Counted from the first letter of the stretch, positions 34,904 to 46,168 are shown. The stretch is 64,000 bases of DNA from Devosia sp. A8/3-2 (GCA_025452255.1 CP104974.1:2022156-2086155); one strand, 5' to 3'. Notes: generated from the letters alone by a model not told the origin. Numbers and translations are program-made.

Positions 34904-36318
34904 TCATAGCGCTCGGGGCAGCAGGCCGAGGCGTTCGCGTAGGGCGAAGCGGGTGACCAATACCACGGCGACGAAGGCAAGGCCGGCGGCGAGGCCGGTC
35001 CAGATGCCGATGCCGCGCCATTCCAGCGTGAAGCCCAAGACGTAAGCGACAGGCAGGCCGACCGCCCAATAGCCGACAAAAGCCAGAACCATGGGGATTT
35101 TTGTGTCGCTCAGGCCGCGTAGCGCATGCGCTGCAACGACCTGAGCCCCGTCGACCAGCTGGAACACGCCGGCAACCACGAGGAAGCTGGCGGCCAGCCG
35201 CAGAGCATTGGCATTTTCGGCATGGCTGGGGTCGAGGAACAGGCCGACAATAAGGGGTGCCAGCGTCAGAAACACGATGCAGGACAGCGCCATGAAGCTG
35301 GTGCCCAGTGCGAAAGCCGTCCAGCCCGCGCGACGGATGCCCCGGGGGTCGTTGCGGCCATAGGCCAGCCCCACCCGCACGGTGGCGGCAGTGCCCAGCC
35401 CCGGGGAACCATGAAGGCCATGCTGGCGCATTGCAGCGCAATGGCGTGGGCGGCCACTTCATCGGTGCCCAACTGACCCATCAGCAGGGCGGCGGCGGTG
35501 AACAGGCCAACCTCGGATAGCAGCGTCAGCCCGATGGGCGTGCCGATGCGGAAAATCTGCCCGAACAGCGACCAGTCCGGCTTCCAGAACCGGGCCAGAA
35601 GATGAAAGCGGCGGAAGCGGCGGTGCCGCAAGACGTAGGCGGCGAGCGCGGCGAACATCAGCACATTGGTCAGCAGCGTCGCCAGCGCCGCGCCACGCAG
35701 TTCGAGCCTAGGAAAGCCGAAATTACCGAAGATCAGCGCATAGTTGACCAAAGCGTTGCAAACAACGCCACCCACCGTGACCAGCAGGATGATGCGGGTA
35801 TTGGCAAAGGCCGACAGCAGCGAACGGAACGCGATAAGCCCCAGCGCCGGAAACAACATCCACACGGCGACATGAATATATTGCTCGGCCATGATGGAGA
35901 GGTCTGCATCCCGGCCCAAAAGGGCAAAGATGGGCCGGATCTGCCATAGGATCGGTGTCAGGCAGAGCGCCGGGACAATGGCTGCCCAGCACCCTTGCCG
36001 CACGATGCGCCGCACGGCCTTGATGTCGCGTGCGCCGCGCGCTCGGGCCACCAGCGGCGCCACGGCACCGACAATGCCCGTGCTGCCGACCAGAAATGGC
36101 ATGAGGAAGGTGGTGGCCAGCGTGCCGGCGGCGAGATAGCTCGGCCCGAGCCAGCCCAACATGATGACGTCGGTCATGGTCAGCGCCGTCCCGGCCAATT
36201 GCGCGATAACCAGCGGCCGGGCCAGCGTGAACGTGGCTCGAAGTTCATCCCACCAGCCCGAATCGGCCGGAGCGGAATTGGCGGCCGCGCCGGGCGCTGC
36301 CGTGATGTGCTCGTTCAT
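34904..36318 (-). CDS. MATE family multidrug efflux transporter (NorM/DinF-like), frameshifted at ~35410.
   Basis: MNEHITAAPGAAANSAPADSGWWDELRATFTLARPLVIAQLAGTALTMTDVIMLGWLG..., about 12 TM segments. The C-terminal half lies in the ORF 34904..35431 frame. Confidence 0.85.
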
Positions 36319-36399
36319 TTGATGTCGTCCCAATCGCCAGCCAGCATTAGACGAAGCCCGCCCGGCGCGATAGAGCAGGGCGACAAAAGGAACCATGCC

Positions 36400-36767
36400 A
36401 TGCAGCCAATCCATGATCTCCCCTGCCGCCTTCTGCTGCTCGCAGCGGGCACGGCCGGGGCCATCGGTGTCATATCGGCAGCCGCCGCGTCCCATGCCGG
36501 GGAGGGTCGGAACCTCTCGGCAATCGCCACCATTTGCTCGGCGCATGGCCCGGCTTTGCTGGCTTTATGCGCGACGGGGCTCGATGGCCGTTTATTCCGC
36601 CTTGCCGGCTATTTGCTGGCGGCGGGCACTTTGGTCTTCAGTGCGGATCTGGGAATTCATGAATGGCTGGGCCATGGCGCCTTCCCGGAGCGGCTCCATT
36701 GGGCAGCGCCGGCATGATCTTTGGATGGGTTCTGGTTGCAATTGGTGCACTCTTTTCGCGGCAATGA
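36400..36767 (+). CDS. DUF423 (YgdD-like) small membrane protein, with a C-terminal frameshift.
   Basis: MQPIHDLPCRLLLLAAGTAGAIGVISAAAASHAGEG...LAGYLLAAGTLVFSADLGIHEW...|GMIFGWVLVAIGALFSRQ*. Confidence 0.6.
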
Positions 36768-36856
36768 CTGTGCTTGCTGCAAAAAGCTGGAATCATGCTG
36801 GAACCATTCCGCCGTCCGGCGCATTTGGTCGTCGATAATATCTTTGGAGGGTTTCC

Positions 36857-37129
36857 ATGCATAAGTTTCTGATCATCGCCGCCGCCGCTTTGTCGCTGGC
36901 AGCGTGCACGCCTACGCAGCAGGGTGCTGCGGTTGGTGCGGGCGCAGGTGCCATTGTCGGCGCTGCCACCACCGGTAGCGTTCTGGGCACTGTCGTAGGT
37001 GCTGGTGTCGGCGGCGTGGTCAGCGCTGCAGCGGGCAATATGATTGGCCGTGTCGAAGGCAGCGGCAATCGCTGCGTCTACGAACGCCCCAATGGCACGC
37101 GCTACGTTGATAGCTGCCCGCGCGGCTAA
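36857..37129 (+). CDS. Glycine-zipper lipoprotein (17-kDa-antigen/YMGG-like).
   Basis: Lipobox LSLAAC, then AAVGAGAGAIVGAATTGSVLGTVVGAGVGGVVSAAAGNMIG. Intact, and followed by a hairpin cacccggtccgg...ccgggccgggtg. Confidence 0.75.
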   Translation: MHKFLIIAAAALSLAACTPTQQGAAVGAGAGAIVGAATTGSVLGTVVGAGVGGVVSAAAGNMIGRVEGSGNRCVYERPNGTRYVDSCPRG

Positions 37130-37417
37130 ATAGAGTTGCAGCATCGCCCCATGCTGTAATGCGCCCCCGAGTGCCAAAAGCACCCGGTCCGGAGTCCCTC
37201 CCGGGCCGGGTGTTTCATCGATCGAGTGAAGTGCCTTGAATTTGCATCCGATAGCGACAATATTTGGTCTCTGACGTTACACTTGTCTTGCGCTATCTGA
37301 CGACCGGCATGCCGGAAACTTGGCTACCTCCTGATCTGTGAATCGTTCGGCAGGGCCTGTCTCAAAGAGGCCTATGTTCAACTCCGGCCGCGTAAGCGGC
37401 GAGCACTCATTAAGAGG

Positions 37418-37642
37418 ATGCACTCCATGGCTACCATTACCGGTACCGTCAAATTCTTCAACACCACCAAGGGCTTCGGCTTCATTTCGCCTGACAATGG
37501 CGAAAAGGATGCGTTTGTCCACATCTCCGCCGTTCAGCGTTCGGGCCTGCAGGGCCTGTATGAGGGCGACAAGGTGACCTACGAACTCGAAACCGGCCGC
37601 GACGGCAAGGTTTCGGCGACGAACCTGACCCTGCTGAGCTAA
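37418..37642 (+). CDS. cspA: Cold shock protein CspA family.
   Basis: MATITGTVKFFNTTKGFGFISPDNGEKDAFVHISAVQ (RNP1/RNP2 motifs). Intact. The long upstream region of about 280 nt is typical of csp 5' UTRs. Confidence 0.95.
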   Translation: MHSMATITGTVKFFNTTKGFGFISPDNGEKDAFVHISAVQRSGLQGLYEGDKVTYELETGRDGKVSATNLTLLS

Positions 37643-37663
37643 TCGGCGGTTTGCGTTGACGAA

Positions 37664-37688
37664 AGGGCCCCTTGCGGGCCCTTTTTGC
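37664..37688 (+). terminator. Rho-independent terminator after cspA.
   Basis: gggcccc-ttgc-gggccc followed by TTTTT. Confidence 0.8.
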
Positions 37689-37727
37689 TGGCTGGCGACG
37701 CAGATGCGATTGCCCTAGAACAGCGCC

Positions 37728-38193
37728 ATGCTGCGAGAATTTTTCAATCTGTGGAATCCGAGGGTCGATTCTGGCGCCCGGGCTGCGCCAGTCTGGTGCC
37801 GTGCCCTATGTGGTGCGCGACGGGCGGGTGGTATTCCTGCTGGTCACCTCGCGGCGTACGGGGCGCTGGATTTTCCCCAAGGGCTCGATCAGCAGCGGAA
37901 TGACGGCCCGGGACAGCGCAGCCAAGGAGGCCTTCGAGGAGGCCGGGGTGACCGGCGTCGTGGAAAGCGAGGCACTGGGCAGCTATCGCATCAGCGACAA
38001 GGGGCAATTGGTCGATGTCGATCTCTACCCGCTACGGGTGGAAACCCAGCTCGACGCCCGGGACGAGATGGACCAGCGCCAGCGCCATTGGGTGTTGCTG
38101 GGCGAAGCCAAGCGCCTGTTGAAGGACCGCGCCCTGACACGGGTGGCCGACCGGCTGCATCATCGGCTGCTGGCCGAACTCGCTAGCCAATAA
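37728..38193 (+). CDS. NUDIX hydrolase, frameshifted at ~37765.
   Basis: ...GAVPYVVRDGRVVFLLVTSRRTGRWIFPKGSISSGMTARDSAAKEAFEEAGVTGVV (Nudix box GX5EX7REUXEEXGU). Confidence 0.8.
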
Positions 38194-39613
38194 CCCGGCT
38201 GGCCAGCCAATAGAACAGTGCGCCCATGGCGGTGGCGGCGGGGAGGGTGATGACCCGGGCCGCGGCGATGCGGGCGACCTTGAGGCGGCGCACCAGATAG
38301 CGCCGGTCGTGGCGGCGTTCGCGAGCAATGGCTTCTTCCGGGGTGGCGTTGAGCGAGGCCGGATCGAGGAAGCGCGCATTGCCGGCCGCCGCGCCCTGCA
38401 TGTTCCGCATGGCCAGATATTCGCGCAGGAAGCCCACGCCGAACACCGCGCCCACCGCTACATGGGTGGACGAGACCGGCAGGCCGAAGGCCGAGGCCAG
38501 CAAGACCGTGCCGGCGGCCGAGAGCGCCACGCAGAAGGCGCGGATTTCATTGAGCTTGGTGATCTGCTCGCCAATGGTGTGAATGACGCGCGGGCCAAAG
38601 AGCGACAGGCCGCAGGCAATGCCGAAGGCGCCGATGGCCGGGGTCCAGAGCGGGGCGACGCCGCCGGCAATCGGGCTTGCTGTTGCCCCGATGGCCGACA
38701 GGATGGCCGCGAAGGGGCCGACCGCATTGGCGACGTCGTTGGAGCCATGCGCAAAGGAGAGCAAGGCGGCGGCGACAATCAGCGGCGGCCGGAACAGACG
38801 GGCAATCTCCTTCTTGCGATTTTCCATGGTCAGCGAGTTCATCCGAACCCAAGGCATGGCGACGATCCAGCCCAAGACGGCGGTTGTCAGGCCAATCGCG
38901 GCGACGGTGTAGACATCGGGGCGCCAGCCCTGCGGATGCAGCTTGGTGCTGAGATAGGTGGTGAAGAGACCCGCCATGGCTGCCACCAGCAGCGGCACCC
39001 AGAGCCGCGCCGCGCCGACCTTGTCGATGCGCCGCGTGATCAGCTTGCGGATAATGGCATGGATCGCCGCCGCGAGAATGCCGCCCGGGATAGGGGACAG
39101 GGTCCAGGTGACGGCAATGGTGCCGACCACAGGCCGAGCAATGGCGCTGGTACCGGCTGCCGCAGCGAAGGCGCCGACAATGCCGCCGACAATGGCGTGG
39201 GTGGTGGAGACGGGCGCACCGAACAGGGTGGAGATATTGATCCACAGTGCTGCGGCCAATAGCGCCGAAATCATGGACAGCATCATCATGCGGTCGGAAA
39301 AGCCATGATCCCAGACCAGCAGGTCGCGGGAGACGGTGGCGATCACCTCATTGCCGGCAAACAAGGCGCCGCAGATTTCGAAGACTGCCGCCAAGGCGAG
39401 CGCGCTGCCCATGGTAATGGCCTTGGCACCCACCGCCGGGCCGACATTGTTGGCAACGTCATTGGCGCCGACATTGAGCGCCATATAGGCGGTCACGGCT
39501 GCGCTGATCACTGCCAGATAGCGCAACGGACCATCGGGGATGAACCAGAGGGCCCACAGCACCGCCGCCGCCACGAAGAGGGCGGCGATGAAGATAAGCA
39601 GGGCCCGGTTCAC
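38183..39613 (-). CDS. pit: Inorganic phosphate transporter, PiT family.
   Basis: Intact 476 aa with the duplicated GANDVAN signature (NVGANDVANNVGP and HGSNDVANAVGP). Confidence 0.9.
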   Translation of the reverse strand: MNRALLIFIAALFVAAAVLWALWFIPDGPLRYLAVISAAVTAYMALNVGANDVANNVGPAVGAKAITMGSALALAAVFEICGALFAGNEVIATVSRDLLVWDHGFSDRMMMLSMISALLAAALWINISTLFGAPVSTTHAIVGGIVGAFAAAAGTSAIARPVVGTIAVTWTLSPIPGGILAAAIHAIIRKLITRRIDKVGAARLWVPLLVAAMAGLFTTYLSTKLHPQGWRPDVYTVAAIGLTTAVLGWIVAMPWVRMNSLTMENRKKEIARLFRPPLIVAAALLSFAHGSNDVANAVGPFAAILSAIGATASPIAGGVAPLWTPAIGAFGIACGLSLFGPRVIHTIGEQITKLNEIRAFCVALSAAGTVLLASAFGLPVSSTHVAVGAVFGVGFLREYLAMRNMQGAAAGNARFLDPASLNATPEEAIARERRHDRRYLVRRLKVARIAAARVITLPAATAMGALFYWLASRVIG

Positions 39614-39748
39614 GCCGGGGCTCGTGGCGCTTCAGCGCGACAGGGCAGGGAGAATGGATTGGCCGAAATCATCTGCGGTGTGTTGTCCAGAATGGGTATC
39701 CACCTTGGACAATTGTTTGCAGCATTTGTCGACTGAAATGGGTGCTCG

Positions 39749-40208
39749 CTAGTTTGCTAGCTGGCTGTCCAGTTCATTGCCCAGTTCGCCCATAAGCCAT
39801 TCGGTGCCCTGCTTGCGCTGGTCGACAGTGTCGAGGCCGTCGAAGAAGCAGCCGTGCTCGGTGACGGTGAGGCGGGTGCCGGTGCCATCGGCGAACAGTT
39901 CGACCGCGGCGACTGATACCGAGATGCGCTGGCCGCCCGGGCTCATCTGATAGGAATAGACGATGCGGTTGTTTTCCACGATGTCCTGATAGGTCACGTC
40001 GTAGCTGTAGCTGCCGCCATTTGGGCCATCGCCTTCGGCATATTCTGCGGCCGCCCTCGCGGAATTCGAAAACCTTGGTGTCATTGCCGGCGGCGAACCA
40101 GCGCTTCTTGATCTCCGGGTCGGCCCGAGCCCGGAAGACGCGGGCGGGGTCGGCGGGGTATTTGCGCTCGATAACGAAAGTGCCGTGAGCAATGGAGCGT
40201 TCGGTCAT
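39749..40208 (-). CDS. SRPBCC (Aha1/AHSA1-like) domain protein, frameshifted at ~40060.
   Basis: MTERSIAHGTFVIERKYPADPARVFRARADPEIKKRWFAAGNDTKVFEF|...YAEGDGPNGGSYSYDVTYQDIVENNRIVYSYQMSPGGQRISVSVAAVELFADGTGTRLTVTEHG... Confidence 0.7.
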
Positions 40209-40374
40209 TTCAGGATGTCCTTCCGAGTTAACTTAAGCAGAACCTTAAGTGATATCTGCGGGCCCTGTCAACGATTAAGTATTGGGTTAAGTGTCTTGCC
40301 ATTCGCCACTGCGCTATTGACACCTGCGCTGGCTTGCACCTATCAATGCCCGGGTAATTTTAAGGAGAGGTCCC

Positions 40375-40425
40375 GTGCGGGCACTCATTCTCGTAGTAGG
40401 CAGGCGCATCGGCAACGTGGGATAA
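40375..40425 (+). CDS. Putative ilvIH leader peptide (16 aa, rich in branched-chain residues).
   Basis: AAGGAGAGG RBS, then GTG: M(V)RALILVVGRRIGNVG*. Five of the first eight codons are Leu/Ile/Val. It is followed by a terminator-like hairpin before ilvI (see next feature). Confidence 0.5.
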   Translation: MRALILVVGRRIGNVG

Positions 40426-40454
40426 AATCCCGCGCGATAGCTGGTGCGCCGAAA

Positions 40455-40485
40455 ACAGGTCCCGAACGGGGCCTTTTTATTGCCC
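40455..40485 (+). terminator. Candidate transcription attenuator terminator between the leader peptide and ilvI.
   Basis: aggtccc-gaac-ggggcct (one mismatch in the stem) followed by TTTTTATT, about 55 nt upstream of the ilvI start. Confidence 0.5.
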
Positions 40486-40540
40486 GGTTTTTGCCGCTAC
40501 GAGATCGGGCCAAGCAGTGGACTTTAGGAAGGACTTTACG

Positions 40541-42311
40541 ATGGCCGAACAGATGACCGGCGCAGAAATGGTGATCCGGGCGCTGACCGATCAGGGTGTC
40601 GAGCATATTTTCGGCTATCCCGGCGGCGCGGCTCTGCCGATCTATGATGCGCTGTTTCAGCAGGACAAGGTCCAGCACATCCCGGTGCGTCACGAGCAGG
40701 GCGCGACCCACATGGCCGAAGGCTATGCCCGCTCGACCGGCAGACCCGGCGTGGTGCTGGTGACTTCGGGCCCCGGCGCGACCAATGCGGTGACCGGCCT
40801 GACCGATGCGCTGATGGATTCCATCCCCCTGATCTGCATCACGGCCCGAGTCCCCACCACGCTGATCGGCAGCGACGCCTTCCAGGAATGCGACACGGTC
40901 GGCATTACCCGCTCCTGCACCAAATACAATTATCTGGTGAAGCGCGTGGAAGACCTGCCGCGCATCATGCATGAAGCCTTCCTCATCGCGACGACCGGCC
41001 GCCCCGGCCCGGTGGTGATCGACATTCCCAAGGATGTGCAGTTCGCGCTGGGTGAGTATTATCAGCCTGATCTGGATACGCTGCGCCACCAGAGCTATCG
41101 CCCGCAGATGGATGGCGACAGCGCCGCCATCGAGGCCGCTGTGGACCTAATGCTCAAGGCCGATCGGCCGATCTTTTATACTGGCGGTGGGGTGATCAAT
41201 GCCGGCCCGGAAGCTTCCAAGCATCTGCGCGAACTGGCTGAGCTGACCGGCTTTCCAGTGACCTCGACGCTGATGGGGCTGGGTGCATTCCCCGCGTCCA
41301 ATCCGCAATGGATGGGCATGCTGGGCATGCACGGCACTTACGAAGCCAATTTGGCGATGCATGACTGCGACGTCATGATCAATATCGGCGCGCGGTTCGA
41401 TGACCGGATCACCGGGCGCATCGACGCCTTCTCGCCCAATAGCCGCAAGATCCATGTCGATATCGACCCCAGCTCGATCAACAAGGTCGTGCGCGTCGAT
41501 ATTCCGATCATCGGTGATTGCGAGCGCGTGCTGGGCGAGATGGTCCGCATCTGGCGGTCCAAGACCAATCAGCCGCGCACCGAGGCCATTGCGCCGTGGT
41601 GGGCGCAGATCGAAAAGTGGCGCGCAGTGGATTCTGCTCGGCTACAAGAATTCCGACACGGTGATCAAGCCGCAATACGCCATTGAACGGCTCTATGAAG
41701 CCACCAAGAAGCAGGGCAAGGAGGTGTTCGTCACCACCGAAGTTGGCCAGCATCAGATGTGGGCCGCCCAGCACTTCCACTTCGACAAGCCCAACCACTG
41801 GATGACCTCCGGCGGTCTTGGCACGATGGGCTATGGCCTGCCGGCGGCTGTCGGCGTGCAGGTGGCGCATCCCGATGCGCTGGTGATCGACATTGCCGGC
41901 GAAGCATCGGTGCAGATGACCATGCAGGAAATGTCGACGGCCGTGCAGTATCGCCTGCCGATCAAGATATTCATCCTCAACAATGAGCGCATGGGCATGG
42001 TTCGCCAGTGGCAGGACCTGCTGCATGGCAGCCGCTACGCCCATTCTTATTCGGAATCGCTGCCCGATTTCGTCAAGCTGGCCGAGGCCTATGGTGGCAA
42101 GGGCATTCGTTGCGACAACCCGGCCGAGCTCGACGCGGCCATTGCCGAAATGCTCGACTATGACGGCCCGGTGCTGTTCGACGTGCTCGTTGAAAAGGAC
42201 GAAAACTGCCTGCCCATGATCCCCTCGGGCAAGCCGCATAACGAGATTATCCTGCCTGATACCGCGAACATTGGCGACATCATCGACGAGAAGGGACGGC
42301 AGCTCGTCTAG
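40541..42311 (+). CDS. ilvI: Acetolactate synthase large subunit (biosynthetic type), frameshifted at ~41630.
   Basis: MAEQMTGAEMVIRALTDQGVEHIFGYPGGAALPIYDAL... and the ThDP motif GLGTMGYGLPAAVGVQVAHPDALVIDIAGEASVQMTMQEMSTAVQYRLPIKIFILNNERMGMVRQWQ. Confidence 0.93.
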
Positions 42312-42333
42312 AGCGCTGCAGAGGAACCAAACA

Positions 42334-42887
42334 ATGAACGCACATTTGCAGCCCACCGGCTCGGCCTATTTTCTGACCAAGGAAACCCGGAAATCGAGCG
42401 CCATACCCTGTCGGTTCTGGTCGACAACGAGCCGGGCATTCTCGCTCGGGTCGTCGGCCTCTTTTCGGCGCGTGGCTATAATATCGAAAGCCTGACTGTC
42501 AGCGAGACCGAACACGGGCGGCGACTTAGTCGCATCACCGTTGTCGTCATCGCCACGCCCAAGACCCTGACCCAGATCAAGCTGCAGCTCGAGCGCCTCG
42601 TACCCGTGCACAAGGTGCATGACCTGACGGCGGAGGGGGCTTCGCTGGAGCGTGAGCTGGCGCTGATCAAGGTGGCGGGTTCAGGCGATCACCGCGCCGA
42701 AACGCTGCGCCCGGCCGATGCTTTCCGCGCCCAGATCGTGGATGCTTCGGTCGAGAGTTTCGTGTTTGAAGTGACCGGAAAGCCGGCCAAGATCGACAGC
42801 TTCATCGCGCTGATGCAGCCGCTTGGGCTGGTGGAAGTGGTGCGGACCGGGCTGGCTGCGATTTCGCGTGGTCCGCAGGGTATGTAG
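42334..42887 (+). CDS. ilvH: Acetolactate synthase small (regulatory) subunit, frameshifted at ~42390.
   Basis: ...HTLSVLVDNEPGILARVVGLFSARGYNIESLTVSETEHGRRLSRITVV (ACT domain)...LVEVVRTGLAAISRGPQGM*. Confidence 0.88.
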
Positions 42888-42980
42888 TCAGCCGCTATTG
42901 ATGGCTGTCATCACAAGGTTCGATTGGGCGGCGCGTCCAGTCTGGTATATGGCAGGGATAGCGTTTTTCGAGTCCCTGCC

Positions 42981-43724
42981 ATGACCTTGCTTTCCGTAAA
43001 TCTCAACGCCGTCGCCCAGCTCCGCAATCGGCGTGATCTGCCCCGGCCGAGTGTGATCGGCATGGCCCGTGTGGTGCTCGATGCGGGTGCCAGCGGCATT
43101 ACTGTGCATCCGCGGCCCGATGAGCGGCATATCAGGCGGACTGATGTGTTCGATCTGTCGGCGCTACTGCGCGACGAATATCCCGATGCCGAGTTCAATA
43201 TCGAGGGCTATCCGAGCGACGATTTCATCGGCCTGATCGAGATGGTCAATCCGCAGCAGGTGACGCTGGTGCCCGATGATCCGGCGCAGGCGACGTCGGA
43301 CCATGGCTGGGATTTCCACGCCAACAACAATTTCCTGACCTCGGTGGTGCAAAAGCTCAAGCAGCCGGGGCGCCGGATTTCGCTGTTCTGCGATCCCGAT
43401 GCCGGCGCCAAGGGCATCAGCGCAGCCAAGGCGACTGGTGCGGACCGGGTCGAGCTGTACACCGGGCCCTATGGCGGGTGTTACGATGATCCGGTGCGGG
43501 CCGAGGCGGAATTGGCGGCTTTGGCCGAGACGGCTGCGGCGGCGCATGCGGCGGGATTGGGGCTCAATGCCGGGCATGATTTGACGCTGGAAAACCTGCC
43601 GGCCTTCCGGGCGGCAGTTAAAGGGGTGGATGAAGCCTCGATCGGGCATGGGCTGACGGCGGATGCACTGCTGATGGGGTTCCCAGAGGCGGTGCGGCGG
43701 TATCGGGATGTGTTGGAAGGGTAG
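42981..43724 (+). CDS. pdxJ: Pyridoxine 5'-phosphate synthase PdxJ.
   Basis: Intact. [51 protein letters not shown]... Confidence 0.92.
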   Translation: MTLLSVNLNAVAQLRNRRDLPRPSVIGMARVVLDAGASGITVHPRPDERHIRRTDVFDLSALLRDEYPDAEFNIEGYPSDDFIGLIEMVNPQQVTLVPDDPAQATSDHGWDFHANNNFLTSVVQKLKQPGRRISLFCDPDAGAKGISAAKATGADRVELYTGPYGGCYDDPVRAEAELAALAETAAAAHAAGLGLNAGHDLTLENLPAFRAAVKGVDEASIGHGLTADALLMGFPEAVRRYRDVLEG

Positions 43725-43744
43725 GGGCGTCTTCATACGCACCA

Positions 43745-43800
43745 AGGAAGAAAACGGAGGTTCCCGCTTTCGCGGGAATGACACCGTGGGTAGGTGAAGA
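43745..43800. repeat. Intergenic repeat copy: a GC hairpin followed by GGAATGACACCGTGG.
   Basis: cccgctttcgcgGGAATGACACCGTGGgtagg. The 15-mer is shared with 10360-10374 in the same hairpin-plus-tail arrangement. The reverse-strand translation ...HGVIPAKAGT... is the spurious signature. Confidence 0.6.
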
Positions 43801-43849
43801 GCCTAGTGGGTGTGGGAGTGAAGCGCGCTCAGTGGAGTGGATAGACCCC

Positions 43850-44497
43850 TTACCGCCTCGCGAAAGCCCGCAGGAAGGTTGACACCCCCGCCTTCGCTGC
43901 CTTGAGCACGGCGGCTTCGGTGGGGCGGGAGCACATGCCCCGGTCCTTGGGGAGGTCGGCATTGATCAGCGCCATGAAGTGGCGGGCGATCAGGCTGGGG
44001 TCGTCCGTCTCGAGATAGCCGTCCCGGCCCAGCTTGGCGAAGACCGCCGCGATGACCGGCCAGTCCTTGCCGGGGCCATATTCCTTCCGGGCGCTGAACA
44101 GATGGGGCCAGCGATGGGCTTCGCGTTCCATCAGCGAGGCGAGGGCGCGGCCATCGATGTCGCACATGCAGCGGCCCAACAGGCCCGCGGCGAAATCGGT
44201 CAATGCCTGTTCGAGATTGTCGGGCTTGTCGGGAAAGCTGTGCAGCACCTGCATCAGCGATGCGCTGGAGCGGGCGGTCACGTCCTCGACCACCGCGATG
44301 AAGAGCTGATCCTTGTCGCCGATCTGGTTGTAGACGGTCTGCCGGGAAACGCCCGCCTCGATGGCAATGGCGTCGATGCCGGCCGCGCTGACCCTGTCGC
44401 GCACAAAGGCACGCTTGGCCGCATCCAGAATCGCCTGCCGCTTGGCGACAGCGCGGGGGAAAGCTTTTTCGGTGTGCAGCAGCTCGATCTGACTCAT
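43850..44497 (-). CDS. TetR/AcrR family transcriptional regulator, divergent from the bcr transporter gene.
   Basis: Intact 215 aa. HTH region KRQAILDAAKRAFVRDRVSAAGIDAIAIEAGVSRQTVYNQIGDKDQLF. Confidence 0.88.
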   Translation of the reverse strand: MSQIELLHTEKAFPRAVAKRQAILDAAKRAFVRDRVSAAGIDAIAIEAGVSRQTVYNQIGDKDQLFIAVVEDVTARSSASLMQVLHSFPDKPDNLEQALTDFAAGLLGRCMCDIDGRALASLMEREAHRWPHLFSARKEYGPGKDWPVIAAVFAKLGRDGYLETDDPSLIARHFMALINADLPKDRGMCSRPTEAAVLKAAKAGVSTFLRAFARR

Positions 44498-44683
44498 GGT
44501 GGAGAGCATACACGAATTGCCTAATTTTACAACATTGTCAAAAATATTTGACGTGGGTGCTTGACTGATTTTACACTTGTGTCCAATATCGCTGCATCGG
44601 CTGCCGTGCCTCCCCACCGCGCCGAACAGCTTTTCCCAATGAGTGGCCCGCTGCATCGGCAGCGGCCGAAAAGGTATTCGAAA

Positions 44684-45888
44684 ATGAACCCAACAATCCT
44701 GCGCGCAGCGCTGGTGCTCGGCTTGCTGTCGGCCATCGGTCCCTTCGCCATCGACATGTATCTGCCGGCTTTGCCGGCCATTGGCGATAGCCTCGGCGCC
44801 GACACGGCCGGCGTGCAGGCTAGCCTCATGGCTTTCATGGCCGCCATTGCGGTCTGTCAGCTGTTCTATGGTCCGATCAGCGACATGGTCGGGCGCAAGC
44901 CGCCGCTGTATTTCGGCCTGACGCTGTTCACGGCTGGCGGCATTGCCTGTGCCGTTGCGCCATCCATCGAGTGGCTGGTCGTTGCCCGTTTCGTGCAGGG
45001 CATTGGCGCCTGCGCCGCCATGGCGCTGCCCCGCGCCATTGTGCGGGACGGCTATACTGGCGCGGACGCTGCGCAATTGCAGAGCCTGTTGATGCTGGTC
45101 TTTTCGGTGTCGCCGATTCTGGCGCCGTTGGGCGGTAGCCTGATCGTGCAGTTTGGCGACTGGCGCGTGATCTTCTACGCCGTGGCCGGCATCGGTCTGC
45201 TCGGCATTCTGCTGGTGGCGTTTTTCCTCAAGGAAACCCGTCCGGCTTCGGCGCGGCTTGAAAGCAGCGTCGGCAGCGCCATCAAGGGTTATGGCGTGCT
45301 GCTGCGCGACCGTAATTTCTGGGCCTGTCGATGATCGGTGCCTTCGGCATGTCGAGCTTCATGGCTTACCCGGCCAATTCGTCCTTCATTCTGATCGACC
45401 ATTATGGGCTGAACCCAACGCAATACAGCATCATGTTCTCGATCAATGCGGTGTCGTTTATCGGCGTCTCGCAGCTGACGGGCGTGCTGACCCGCCGCTT
45501 TGGGCTGAACGCTGTGGTGCGCACCGCCGTCAATGGCTTCATATTGGTGATGGTGGCGCTGGCCGCGGTCTTTGCTTTGGGCGTTGATCGGCTGGATGTA
45601 CTCGCCGTGCTGCTGTTTGTTGGCTACGGCTTCCTGGGCTCGGTTATCCCGACCACGGCGGTGCTGGCGCTCGAAGAGCATGGCACGATCGCCGGCACGG
45701 CCTCGGCTCTGATGGGCACGCTGCAATTGGTGACGGCCGCCGTGGTCATGGGCATTGTCGGCAGCTTCTTTGATGGCACCGCGCGGCCCATGGTGCTGGG
45801 CATTGCGGCCTGTGCCGTCATCGCCTTCGCGCTGACGCGCCTGACCATCAAGCGCTCGCCGGCGCCGTTGGCGGCAGCAGCCGAATAA
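44684..45888 (+). CDS. bcr: MFS transporter, Bcr/CflA drug-resistance family, frameshifted at ~45325.
   Basis: MNPTILRAALVLGLLSAIGPFAIDMYLPALPAIGDSLGADTAGVQASLMAFMAAIAVCQLFYGPISDMVGRKPPL..., 12 TM segments. Confidence 0.88.
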
Positions 45889-46168
45889 ATCATGGGGGTG
45901 CCGGCATTGCCGGCGCCCTCACTGGGCCCCTAAGTCCTGCGCCACTGTCATAGCAGGTCGAACAGTGCGTCAGGGATAAGCTGACGGAGCGGCTTGATTA
46001 GGGCAGATTTGATGTCCTAACCGCAAAAATCCAGCTCCCACCAATGCTTACATAAATGTGCCTAAGGGGAATTGGTGTCCCCGCACCACCAAATAGTGCC
46101 TCCTTGCCAGCTTTCGTTAAAGGCACATATATCGCCTCAGTTACGATTTGTTACCAAGGAGGGCTCAA

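Noticed and set aside
43618-43962. 114-aa minus ORF with PTHGVIPAKAGTSVFF.
   Set aside because: Spans the intergenic repeat copy and the tetR 3' end. This is the repeat-derived pseudo-ORF signature.
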